From Candidatus Methanomethylicia archaeon (GTDB lineage Archaea; Thermoproteota; Methanomethylicia; CALHIW01), in NCBI GenBank assembly GCA_938030905.1, contig CALHIW010000001.1, positions 1 through 44,811 of the forward strand: 44,811 nucleotides of DNA, given 5' to 3'. Positions within the stretch are counted from its first letter, which is position 1. Every line of letters begins with the position of its first letter. A program made the position numbers and the translations under genes. This document shows positions 32,155 through 41,353 of this stretch, piece after piece. The notes under the pieces were generated by a model, which worked only from the letters and a program-made list of their open reading frames with translations, was not told the origin of the DNA and searched no databases.

Positions 32155-33813
32155 TTACTGTCTTATGTAAATTAGATTTGCTGGCTTAATTTCTGTTAGC
32201 ATTTCCCCATTATGGTTGTAGAGTATTATGTTGTTTAACCACTCCCTATTGTTTTCTTCTGGGCAGTCTTCTCTATAGTGTGCTCCCCTGCTTTCTGCTC
32301 TTATTAAGGCAGCTTTAGCTACAATTTTCCCTACAATAATGAGATTAATTGTTTCCAGTAGTTCACCCAATTCTTTATATGTTTTCCCCTCACTTGCTAT
32401 GTAGAGATTTTGAATCTGCCTACTTATTCTCTCCAGCTCGCTTACTGCTTTTATAAGCTCGTTTTCTCTTCTAACAACCCCTACATAATCATTCATTATG
32501 TTTTGTACCTCTACCCTAATTAATCTATAGTCTACCCCCTCTTCTCTTTCATAGAAGCTAGAAATCCTATTTATTTCCGCTTCAACTTGCTCCTTAGATA
32601 TTTCTGGTAGGGTTTTAGATATTGCTCTTTTAGCTGCATATGTACCTGCTATTTTTCCAAATACTAAGGCATCAGTTAATGCATTACCTGCAAGTCTATT
32701 CGCACCATGAACTCCAGCTGTAACTTCACCACATGCAAATAGACCATTAAGAGTTGTTTTAGCATATTCATCAATTCTAATACCTCCCATAAAGTGGTGT
32801 GCACCTGGAGCCCATTCGATCGGCTGCCATTTAGGATCTATACCTGCACTTCTACATGCATGTAAGAAGGATTTAAAACGTTCCAGCTCCTTTTCAGGAA
32901 CACCTGATAGATCATTGTAGACACCGCCGTGACGTGTACCCCTCCCCTCCTTTATCTCCTTGTATGTATATATGGCTATTAAGTCACGTGTAACGTTTTC
33001 ACATCTAACTGAATCATATTTCTTCATGTACCGTTCACAGAGAGCATTATAGAATCTACCACCACTACCAATCATTCCATCTGCTGGTGGAGGTAGTCCT
33101 CTAAGTACTGGAGGATACACTATACATGCTCTAAACTGTATAAACTCCATATCGCTTAGCTCAGCTCCTGCTTGATATGCTATAGCATAGCCATCCCCCG
33201 TGATGTCTGGAGGATTAGTTGTAATTGGATATAGCCATCCAGCACCACCAGTAGCTAGTATTGTTGATTTTGCTCTTACAGTTAAAATATCTCCAGTTTT
33301 AAGATTTAATCCTACTGCTCCTACTACCTCTCTACTTCTAGTTAATAGGCGTGTAACCATTACATGATCTATTACCTCAATATTTAGCTCACGCACCCTC
33401 CTAACCAATCCCTCTATCCATCCCCCAGCATATGGTTTGCTGGAAACTATTGCTCGTGGCTGGCTATATCCTCCGAAGGCAAATAACTTATACTTTCCAT
33501 CTTCTCTTTCAAAACACGTTCCAAACTCCTCAAGCTCTTTAGCTACCTCTACTGATTTCTCAATCATTACCTTTACTAAAACCTGATTATTCATAAAACG
33601 CCCTCCAACCACAGTATCTCTTAATTGGCTTTCAAAGCTTTGCAGATCAAAAGCTACTTGCATAGCCCCCATAGCATAGGAACTACATCCAGATGGGAAG
33701 CCACCCTTACACACTATAGTAGCTTTCACATTGTATTTTTGAGCTTCAATAGCTGCTCTAAGACCAGCCCCCCCAGAACCAACTATTAATACATCAGTAT
33801 CAATAACCTCCAA
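32155..33813 (-). CDS. SdhA/FrdA/TfrA/NadB-superfamily FAD-dependent oxidoreductase flavoprotein (orphan)
   Basis: DVLIVGSGGAGLRAA, ILATGG, TGDG, TRD, AHHFMGG, GVHGANRLAGNAL and ESRGAHYR; TTG start with SD. Confidence 0.88.
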   Translation of the reverse strand: MEVIDTDVLIVGSGGAGLRAAIEAQKYNVKATIVCKGGFPSGCSSYAMGAMQVAFDLQSFESQLRDTVVGGRFMNNQVLVKVMIEKSVEVAKELEEFGTCFEREDGKYKLFAFGGYSQPRAIVSSKPYAGGWIEGLVRRVRELNIEVIDHVMVTRLLTRSREVVGAVGLNLKTGDILTVRAKSTILATGGAGWLYPITTNPPDITGDGYAIAYQAGAELSDMEFIQFRACIVYPPVLRGLPPPADGMIGSGGRFYNALCERYMKKYDSVRCENVTRDLIAIYTYKEIKEGRGTRHGGVYNDLSGVPEKELERFKSFLHACRSAGIDPKWQPIEWAPGAHHFMGGIRIDEYAKTTLNGLFACGEVTAGVHGANRLAGNALTDALVFGKIAGTYAAKRAISKTLPEISKEQVEAEINRISSFYEREEGVDYRLIRVEVQNIMNDYVGVVRRENELIKAVSELERISRQIQNLYIASEGKTYKELGELLETINLIIVGKIVAKAALIRAESRGAHYREDCPEENNREWLNNIILYNHNGEMLTEIKPANLIYIRQ

Positions 33814-33929
33814 GCACCTTCCCCATATTTAATAACATATTTAATTTCTAAGTTGTACTTAAAGCTTTAAAACTAGTTTTATTTAAGCTTTACTATAAAA
33901 TATTACCTACTACAATCCTCCTAGTAGTT

Positions 33930-34850
33930 ATGGTAGCAATTCCAGAAATGTCTGAAGCAGATGTAATTGTAAGATATCTTTCATGGGCTTTCCTTATCAT
34001 AATATTAAGTTCAGGATGGAATATTATTGGTGGATATGCTGGTCAGTTTTCTCTTGGTCATTCTGTATTTTACGGTATTGGAGCATATGTTTTCGTTATG
34101 TTCTTCCATACCTTTAAAATTCATTGGGCTCTATCAATTCTTATAGCTGGTATATTCTCATCCATTACCTCAATAGTTATAGGTATTCCTACTTTAAGAT
34201 TAAGAGGAGGCTACTTTGCTGTTGGTACTTTAGCTTTATCTGAGGTTATGAGGGTATGGGCAAACAATGCTCCGGAAGTTTTTAAAGGTGGTGTTACAGG
34301 AGTAGCTGTTACACTACCTGAAGGCTGGAGTGCAATTTACTCCTACTATCTAATGCTTAGTTTAACAGTAATAACTATAGTTATTAGTTATTTCGTAAAG
34401 AATTCTACGTTAGGATTGAAGTTAAGAGCAATTAGAGATGATGAAGATGCAGCGGATGGTTTAGGTATCAACGTTTTAACATGTAAAATAATAGCTTTAA
34501 TGCTGAGCTCTCTTATTGTAGGTTTAGCTGGTGCTACTCAAACTACTTTTACTGCATATGTTAGTCCGGATAGTGTATTCGGTACTAAACGCAGTCTAGA
34601 AATGGTGCTTGCATGCCTACTTGGAGGTTTAGGAACAATATATGGTCCTGTAATAGGTGGGGCATTATTTGAACTTCTAGCAAGAATTTTATGGGGTTTC
34701 CCACATTTCCATCTATTAATCTATGGAAGCATAATAGTTATCCTAATTGTTTTTGAACCTAGAGGAGTTATCGGTATATCTGATAGGTTAAAGCACATAT
34801 TAAGATTAAAACGATTTTTGAAGGTGAGTAGTATTGTTGGAGGGAGTTAA
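33930..34850 (+). CDS. livM: Branched-chain amino acid ABC transporter permease (LivM-like)
   Basis: WNIIGGYAGQFSLGHSVFYGIGAY, LRLRGGYFA, AIRDDEDAA..LGIN and LGGLGTIYGP. Confidence 0.85.
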   Translation: MVAIPEMSEADVIVRYLSWAFLIIILSSGWNIIGGYAGQFSLGHSVFYGIGAYVFVMFFHTFKIHWALSILIAGIFSSITSIVIGIPTLRLRGGYFAVGTLALSEVMRVWANNAPEVFKGGVTGVAVTLPEGWSAIYSYYLMLSLTVITIVISYFVKNSTLGLKLRAIRDDEDAADGLGINVLTCKIIALMLSSLIVGLAGATQTTFTAYVSPDSVFGTKRSLEMVLACLLGGLGTIYGPVIGGALFELLARILWGFPHFHLLIYGSIIVILIVFEPRGVIGISDRLKHILRLKRFLKVSSIVGGS

Positions 34851-35562
34851 TATCTCTAAGTTTTTCGGTGGGTTAGCAGCACTTAAGAATGTTAGCTTTT
34901 CACTGAGTAAAGGGGAGATAGTTGGATTAATAGGACCTAATGGTGCAGGTAAAACCACTTTGTTCAACATAATAACCGGCTTTACTACCCCATCTTCAGG
35001 TACCATACTTTTTAAAGGTAAAAAGCTAAATGGTCTTAAACCCCATGAAATATGTAGATTTGGAATTGCTAGAACTTACCAAATTGTTAAGCCTTTCTCC
35101 AACCTAACGGTGTTAGAAAACGTTGCTGTAGGTGTAATTTCCAAAGGGAGGAATAAAATAAGTCTAAGTAAAGCTAAAATTGAAGCTTTAAAAATACTTA
35201 AGCTTGTAGGATTAGAAAATAAAGAATCCCTATTAGCAAGAAATTTAACATTAATGGATAAGAAAATGCTTGAGTTTGCTAGAGCTTTAGCTACTGAGCC
35301 TGAAGTTCTACTCCTAGATGAGGTATGTGCTGGATTAAATCCAACCGAGACTCATAGAGCTATACAACTTATAAATAGTTTACGGGAGCGTGGTATTACA
35401 ATTTTTTGGATTGAACACATTATGAGGGCAATTATGACCGTTGCTGATAGAATTATAGTCTTACATCATGGAGAGAAAATAGCAGAAGGCTCTCCTAGAG
35501 AAATAGCAAATGATGCTAGAGTAATAGATGCTTATCTAGGTGAAAAATATCTACTAGAATAG
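34834..35562 (+). CDS. livG: Branched-chain amino acid ABC transporter ATPase (LivG-like)
   Basis: FGGLAAL, GPNGAGKTT, GIARTYQ, LLLDE..AGL, IEH and V..AYLG. Confidence 0.9.
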   Translation: MLEGVNISKFFGGLAALKNVSFSLSKGEIVGLIGPNGAGKTTLFNIITGFTTPSSGTILFKGKKLNGLKPHEICRFGIARTYQIVKPFSNLTVLENVAVGVISKGRNKISLSKAKIEALKILKLVGLENKESLLARNLTLMDKKMLEFARALATEPEVLLLDEVCAGLNPTETHRAIQLINSLRERGITIFWIEHIMRAIMTVADRIIVLHHGEKIAEGSPREIANDARVIDAYLGEKYLLE

Positions 35563-35574
35563 CTGGTATCTTAA

Positions 35575-36279
35575 ATGTTGGAGGTTAACTCTATCAACGT
35601 CTTTTACGGGGAGCTTCAAGCTCTCTGGAATGTTACCCTTAAAGTAGGTGAAAAGGAGAAGGTAGCTCTTCTCGGCTCCAATGGAGCTGGTAAAACAACA
35701 ACATTAAGAGCCATCTTAAGAGTACTGCCCATTAAGAGCGGCTCCATAACGTTTTTAGATAAAGAAATTCATAATCTACCCACCCATAGAATCGTTGAGT
35801 TGGGAATAGCTATTGTCCCTGAGGGAAGACGGCTCTTCCCCCACTTAACAGTTCTTGAAAATCTTGAGTTGGGAGCCTATAGCCGTAAAGCCAGAGAAAA
35901 AATAAGGGATACCCTAGAATGGATATATCAGATTTTCCCTATACTTAGGGAAAGGAGGAATCAGATAGCTGGTACATTAAGTGGTGGAGAGCAACAAATG
36001 TTAGCTATAGGTAGAGCCTTAATGTCAAAGCCTAAACTACTTTTAATGGATGAGCCAACACTAGGTCTCGCACCAAAGATAGCTCTATCAGTTTTCGAAA
36101 TAATCAATAAAATAAATAGCGAGGGAGTTACTATATTGCTTGTCGAGCAGAATGTACGTCATACCTTAGAGCTCGTTGATAGAGCATACATTCTTGAAGG
36201 TGGCAAAATCGTAATGGAGGGTGAAAGCAGTCAACTAATAGGTAACGAATACGTGAGAAAATCTTATCTAGGCCTCTAA
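35575..36279 (+). CDS. livF: Branched-chain amino acid ABC transporter ATPase (LivF-like)
   Basis: GSNGAGKTT, VPEGRRLF, LSGGEQQMLAIGRALM, LLVEQN and YLGL. Confidence 0.9.
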   Translation: MLEVNSINVFYGELQALWNVTLKVGEKEKVALLGSNGAGKTTTLRAILRVLPIKSGSITFLDKEIHNLPTHRIVELGIAIVPEGRRLFPHLTVLENLELGAYSRKAREKIRDTLEWIYQIFPILRERRNQIAGTLSGGEQQMLAIGRALMSKPKLLLMDEPTLGLAPKIALSVFEIINKINSEGVTILLVEQNVRHTLELVDRAYILEGGKIVMEGESSQLIGNEYVRKSYLGL

Positions 36280-36515
36280 GTAGTTAGCTAATAGTAGTAG
36301 CATAGTAGTAGCTAAGTTAAGTTAGTAATAGCTCACCTTCTATTTTTATGAAGTAATAGTTTACCCCCACCAATTCATTTAAAGCAATTTATCCACTAAT
36401 GCTAAATATCTTAACGTTAATAACATCTACAACCTCTAATACTAGTAAATGCTTAAAGTCTAGTAGTTTAAGGAATGAATTGATACATTAAGCTACTTAG
36501 TTTCAACCCATATAG

Positions 36516-36664
36516 CTACCTCTTTACCCATTCATCGAAGAGCCTCATGGCTCTAGCCTCTATTTGCCTCTTCAAACTGTGATACGCTACCTTTAATGTG
36601 GAATATTGTTTAAACAATATGACGACTATTCCTAAGAGTGGAATATTAGAATCCACTCAAACAT
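36516..36664 (-). pseudogene. Truncated N-terminal remnant resembling membrane-anchored Holliday-junction-resolvase-like (COG4741) proteins
   Basis: MFEWILIF / LLGIVVILFKQYSTLKVAYHSLKRQIEARAMRLFDEWVKR*: TM followed by a coiled coil; frameshifted, no nuclease domain. Confidence 0.3.
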
Positions 36665-36721
36665 GCCTATCGTGGCGTTTTCATACCATTTTAATATAAA
36701 AAGTTTTCCATAAGAATAAAT

Positions 36722-36877
36722 TTAAGCTTCCACCTCTCCCTCAACTCCAATGGCCTTACTGCGGGCATGCAACATATCCTTCGAAACAATAAGCAAATCA
36801 ACAACTGCTTCGTAGACCTTCCCCCTAATCCTAGCATTCTTAAAAATTAGGAATAATGCAGTAGATTCACCCTTCAA
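36722..36877 (-). CDS. Hypothetical 51-aa protein (virus/plasmid-like module)
   Basis: TTG start after a GAGGT SD; LKGESTALFLIFKNARIRGKVYEAVVDLLIVSKDMLHARSKAIGVEGEVEA; directly downstream of the zinc-finger gene. Confidence 0.4.
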   Translation of the reverse strand: MKGESTALFLIFKNARIRGKVYEAVVDLLIVSKDMLHARSKAIGVEGEVEA

Positions 36878-36895
36878 AATACCTCAATTACGACG

Positions 36896-37078
36896 TCACC
36901 TCTTTTCTATAGAAGGGTTCAAAAACCCTAAAATCCATATCTTCAGCCTTTCTTTTCCCCCCTCTTTCTTCCCAACTCTATGTTTTTCAGCTATATGAGC
37001 CTCAACAACCCTTCTAGAAAGCCCCTTAAAACCACAAACTGAACAACACCAATATCCAGATTCCAAAATTACAGACAC
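36896..37078 (-). CDS. Small C2H2 zinc-finger protein (archaeal virus/plasmid-like)
   Basis: CSVCGF...SRRVVEAHIAEKH (CxxC-x12-H-x4-H); GTG start after a GGGAGGGG SD. Confidence 0.65.
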   Translation of the reverse strand: MSVILESGYWCCSVCGFKGLSRRVVEAHIAEKHRVGKKEGGKERLKIWILGFLNPSIEKR

Positions 37079-37122
37079 ACCCCTCCCTAATTAATACCAT
37101 GATATAATATGTATTTCTAATA

Positions 37123-37175
37123 TAAACACATAAACAAACGTAAACTGACGTAAACGCAATATAAACTATATAAAT
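37123..37175. repeat. Helically phased TAAAC repeats in the divergent intergenic region
   Basis: TAAAC at 37123, 37131, 37141, 37151 and 37162; TAAAT at 37171. Confidence 0.55.
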
Positions 37176-37197
37176 ACATTACAATATAAAGACAGTA

Positions 37198-37320
37198 ATG
37201 AGTAAGCTGAATCCCTTTACTCCAGATACGAGTAGCTTTAGGGTTGTAGAGCTAAAGCTTGAAGGTAAAAGCAACAAGGAAATAGCTAAAACCCTAAACA
37301 TAAGCACCACCACTTTTTAA
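37198..37320 (+). pseudogene. LuxR/GerE-type HTH gene truncated by the terminal CRISPR repeat
   Basis: MSKLNPFTPDTSSFRVVELKLEGKSNKEIAKTLNISTTTF*; G.SNKEIA..L.IS..T motif; the stop codon lies inside the repeat. Confidence 0.65.
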
Positions 37321-38557
37321 TTCTCTTTGCGAGATTCGCGGAAATAAATGTAAAGTGTGTGGTGCAGAATTCGATGGCAACTTTTAATTCTCTTTGCGAG
37401 ATTCTTCAAAAGCTGTAGGCTCACAGCCTCATAGCCGCATACCCTTTTAATTCTCTTTGCGAGATTCCTGAGATGTATATGTCATCTATAACCCATGACT
37501 CGTTTCTCTTTTAATTCTCTTTGCGAGATTCCAGTAGTATATGATCGATGCAGCTCAGCATTTAAGGATCTTTTAATTCTCTTTGCGAGATTCCTTTATC
37601 CACATTCACCCCACCATATTAGGTTGCTTCATCCTTTTAATTCTCTTTGCGAGATTCTGTGATGGATCAATAGAATACGTATACTGAGTGTACACTTTTA
37701 ATTCTCTTTGCGAGATTCAGCGGTGGCTGAAGGAATTCGCTGAGGCGAAGATGATCAGATCTTTTAATTCTCTTTGCGAGATTCTAATGCTCGTGATCTG
37801 CTTGATCTCTTGGTCGTTAAAGTTTCTTTTAATTCTCTTTGCGAGATTCGTGGAGTAATGGTGGCCGGGGCTGGTTTCACATGGATTCCAAGACTTTTAA
37901 TTCTCTTTGCGAGATTCCAGTTTCAAAGACAAGTATAACATATTGTTCGAAATGCTTTTAATTCTCTTTGCGAGATTCAGCGGAAGGCGGAGACAACACA
38001 TATCCACGTCTCAACCCACGCTTTTAATTCTCTTTGCGAGATTCCCTACCTGTGGAGGGGCTGCAGTAGACACCTCGCATACCTTTTAATTCTCTTTGCG
38101 AGATTCATATGGTAGGAGCCATGAGGTAGACGTCCATGGAATGATCACTTTTAATTCTCTTTGCGAGATTCTTTGGGTTCATGGATTGAGGGGATGGGGA
38201 ACTGTTGAAGTCCCCTTTTAATTCTCTTTGCGAGATTCCTATTACAAGGCTTCAATATGCGAGGGCAAGGGATCTAGCCTTTTAATTCTCTTTGCGAGAT
38301 TCATACCAAGCAGCAATACTATACGCTGAGTGAGAGCATGGGCTTTTAATTCTCTTTGCGAGATTCTTAGGGAAAAGCTTAAATACCTGCTTGCGTACAA
38401 GTATAGCCTTTTAATTCTCTTTGCGAGATTCACAAACCATGCAATCATGAAGATCGTGGAGGTGAAGAGTCTTTTAATTCTCTTTGCGAGATTCTCATAT
38501 ATTACTTCGGGGATAGAGTACATGAGCTTGTAACTTTTAATTCTCTTTGCGAGATTC
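37314..38557 (-). CRISPR. CRISPR array: 20 repeats of 24 bp (GAATCTCGCAAAGAGAATTAAAAG on minus strand) and 19 spacers of 37-44 bp
   Basis: CTTTTAATTCTCTTTGCGAGATTC repeated from 37314 (one mismatch, trailer end) to 38534; leader on the cas4 side. Confidence 0.99.
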
Positions 38558-38694
38558 CGAGGTGTTTTCTCGCTCTATTAGATTTTTAGAGCATTTTTGT
38601 ATTTTAAGTTTTCGCTCAGTATTTCGGCGGTGTGCGATTTGCATGCTGTTTACATGTTTCCGCCGAAGTTAGTAAAAACCTTTCCGTTGAAAGT
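38558..38694 (-). promoter_or_regulatory. CRISPR leader with BRE/TATA
   Basis: AT-rich; minus strand CGAAAACTTAAAAT at about 38601-38614, some 45 nt before the first repeat. Confidence 0.75.
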
Positions 38695-39300
38695 TTAGAC
38701 ACCTAAACATATTTTTGTGAAGCCACAATTTTTACACATTTTAAAGTTTCCTCTCGGAATCTTCTCATTATTAATTATTGACTTTATCCTTGAAACTGTC
38801 CATAATACATGTTTTTTTAAGTCTTCTGTGAGGGGTATTTCAAATGTTTTGTTATCTCGGATGTATTTTATTGCGATTTTTCTTGCGATTTTACCCAGTG
38901 CTTCCTCAGCAAGCATAGCGTAAGCGGCTGCCTGATAAATGTGGCTTAGATAGGGCTTCTTAGGGGCCTTCATGAACTTACTTTCTACAATAATTAATCC
39001 ATTATTTGTTTCAGATACTTCATCAATAATGCCATATAATCCAATCTTCGTGGAGGCTACAGCTAGCCTGCTCCATAAAGCTTTGACATCCTCCCTCCTT
39101 CTGCCAGCAACGGTTTTTCTACGCTTGGCTCTTCCTTCCTCCGTCAGATGGAATTCTTTCCCTTCTATCATGCTTTCAGTTAACTTTTCGTTGCAGCCTA
39201 AAACACCTAAATAGTAAATTATTCTTGGGCAGAAATGATATTGCTTAATCCAAGTCACTGGTATTAGGTTTGACAATTTATCCTCAAACAACCTTATCAC
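38695..39300 (-). CDS. cas4: CRISPR-associated exonuclease Cas4
   Basis: KQYHFCPR, G..FH, GIIDE, VESK, QAAAYA and C..CGF..IC (four Fe-S cysteines). Confidence 0.95.
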   Translation of the reverse strand: MIRLFEDKLSNLIPVTWIKQYHFCPRIIYYLGVLGCNEKLTESMIEGKEFHLTEEGRAKRRKTVAGRRREDVKALWSRLAVASTKIGLYGIIDEVSETNNGLIIVESKFMKAPKKPYLSHIYQAAAYAMLAEEALGKIARKIAIKYIRDNKTFEIPLTEDLKKHVLWTVSRIKSIINNEKIPRGNFKMCKNCGFTKICLGV

Positions 39301-39306
39301 CTGCGC

Positions 39307-39585
39307 CTATACAAGCAATTCTTCTTCAGCGTAGTCCTCGAAGGGCTTCCCTATAACTTCCCTCAGGGCTAAATCAGCCTTACATATCACAAATATTTGA
39401 ACGTTCCCGTCAGAATCACCTAGTATCCTCCTCAAGGCTGCCCCAAGTTCCTTCCTACGCATACTCGTTAAGTATCCTAAAAATGTACTCCTCTGAATCC
39501 TAGAGAGACCGAACTTTTTGCATGTCTCGCTGACTTTAAGCCTTATCTCATCATCGCTTATATCATACACAACAAGGGTTTGCAT
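39307..39585 (-). CDS. cas2: CRISPR-associated endoribonuclease Cas2
   Basis: LVVYDISDD..R.KV...CK.FGL.RIQRSTF.G. Confidence 0.97.
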   Translation of the reverse strand: MQTLVVYDISDDEIRLKVSETCKKFGLSRIQRSTFLGYLTSMRRKELGAALRRILGDSDGNVQIFVICKADLALREVIGKPFEDYAEEELLV

Positions 39586-39592
39586 GCCTCCT

Positions 39593-40609
39593 TCACCTTA
39601 GCGTAAATGGAATATAGCTGTGCGCTCTTTCAAGGATGAACTCGCTAAGCCTCCTGGGCTGCAGAAAGATGTGGCTTGATAGTGGCAGTGCGCGTTCAGA
39701 AAATGTTAAGGTTTCAGATAACCTTTTAGAGAAGGCCTTTACAACATGGAAACGATATTCCCTACTCAGCCTTCCACCCTCAAGGATGCATTTCAGATCC
39801 TTAATGCCTGAAATCAATCTTAAAACAACCCTATCCACAACAGGCTGCCTAAACTCCTCAAGAATATCCATCACAAGCGCAGGTCTTCTGGGTGAGTCGG
39901 CATGTAAGAAGCCCGAGTATGGATCAAGGCCGCTGGCATCAACTGCCAACCAGATCTCAGATGCTAAAAGTCCATAGCAGAAATTAAGCATAATATTAAC
40001 CGGGTCATTTGGGAATTCAAACCTCTTCCTCCTGCTTGGAAAATCCACGTTTTCCGGTAATAGAAGCTTAAAACCCTGCCAATATATCTCTGCAGCCTCA
40101 GCCTCAAGCCTCATAACCTCCCCCCTAACAGATTCACAGCTATCCCCCTCAATACTGCTTATCATGGCAGCTATATTTGAGATCGATTTAGACATGTCAA
40201 GTAGCTTTCTAGATAAGGTTGGGTCGCTTCTATTTTTGCCGGCTTCACGTAGAATAGATTTTTGGTTAACAACTTTAGCCCATGCAAATCTTTTAGAAAG
40301 GTAGGCGCCGACTGGGGTTTCCTGAACCTTGTACTGCATCTTCCGCAACTTTATTGATCCACTATTTCTCGAACTAGAAAGCTTAGCGATAGGATAGCCT
40401 AGGCCTGAATATACGATTAAATCCACCCTATACTTAGCTAACAGCCTTAGAAGTGCAGATGAGACTACGGCGCCACGAGTCAATATTGCTATTTGGCTTA
40501 CATTTGACGGCGAAACCTCCAGTATCTTCTCGCCCCTTCTCTTAACAATAATCATCCCCCTCCTTGTACCTACAAATAAGCCAGGTTCACTTATGACTAG
40601 ACGCTTCAA
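39593..40609 (-). CDS. cas1: CRISPR-associated integrase Cas1
   Basis: EAEAAEIYW, DPVNIMLNFCYG, GLDPYSGFLH and LVMDILEEFRQPVVDR; TTG start at 40609 after a GGGGG SD (ORF track opens at 40708). Confidence 0.97.
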   Translation of the reverse strand: MKRLVISEPGLFVGTRRGMIIVKRRGEKILEVSPSNVSQIAILTRGAVVSSALLRLLAKYRVDLIVYSGLGYPIAKLSSSRNSGSIKLRKMQYKVQETPVGAYLSKRFAWAKVVNQKSILREAGKNRSDPTLSRKLLDMSKSISNIAAMISSIEGDSCESVRGEVMRLEAEAAEIYWQGFKLLLPENVDFPSRRKRFEFPNDPVNIMLNFCYGLLASEIWLAVDASGLDPYSGFLHADSPRRPALVMDILEEFRQPVVDRVVLRLISGIKDLKCILEGGRLSREYRFHVVKAFSKRLSETLTFSERALPLSSHIFLQPRRLSEFILERAHSYIPFTLR

Positions 40610-40988
40610 GCAACCCCCGCTCACAAATAGTATAATATGGGCAGTAGTTTGGGCATATTTGTGGTTTACCGGGATCCATTCCAATTGATATAACCTCATA
40701 TGCGTCATCCCTTAACTCCAAAAATTCACGCCTCAACTCATCGCCTATAACAAAGTATTTTAACCTAAAGCTCGGCGCAAGCCTAGATGATTACTTCAAT
40801 CATATCGAAGAACTTTATAAAGGGGATAAGAAGACATGAGTTTCAGATGTTACATCCTCTATAAAATTCATAATGCTACAAGTAAATTTAGGAAGTGAAA
40901 ACTCGAAGAAGAATGTTAATATATAATGCTATTTAAAGGCTCCCATTTAAAGATGGTAAAGTTTAAATCAATGTAAAATATTTTACTA

Positions 40989-41351
40989 ATGGAAGGGATT
41001 ATGGGAAAAGAGGAAAGATCTTTATACGGTTGGGCTTTTGTTGCTGGTAAAAGCGTTATTCAGTGTTTTGAGACTCTATACGGCGTGAAGAGGGCGGAGA
41101 AAAGGATGGAGAATATTCTCCTCACTCTAAGGTCAGAATTATTGCCAGAAAGATTCAAGCGAGCACTTATCAATTCTCTTATCGAGATTGGGTCAGAGGT
41201 AGGAATACCTGAGGAGGTAAAGGTGGAAAAGAGATGGAATGTGGACGAATTTTACCGCTATAGTACTGCCATTTTAGCAGGCTTTTTTGATGCATTAAAC
41301 TGGTGGAGGGGGGAAAAGAGAAAGGAGAAAGAGCAAGAAAAGGAGGAATAA
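40989..41351 (+). CDS. Probable type I small subunit (Cas11/Csa5-like)
   Basis: 120-aa alpha-helical-looking protein heading the effector operon, before cas7; TTTAAAT TATA at about 40962. Confidence 0.6.
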   Translation: MEGIMGKEERSLYGWAFVAGKSVIQCFETLYGVKRAEKRMENILLTLRSELLPERFKRALINSLIEIGSEVGIPEEVKVEKRWNVDEFYRYSTAILAGFFDALNWWRGEKRKEKEQEKEE

Positions 41352-41353
41352 AT

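Noticed and set aside
37338..37380. Trailer-end spacer encodes CKVCG, echoing the neighbouring zinc-finger gene
   Set aside because: No meaningful nucleotide identity to 36896-37078; not a self-target.
38004..38012. Spacer contains CCACGTCTC, identical to the IS6 right end
   Set aside because: Only 9 bp with non-matching flanks; expected by chance.
37907..38533. ORFs with repeated LLILFARF / NLAKRIKR
   Set aside because: Translations of CRISPR repeats.
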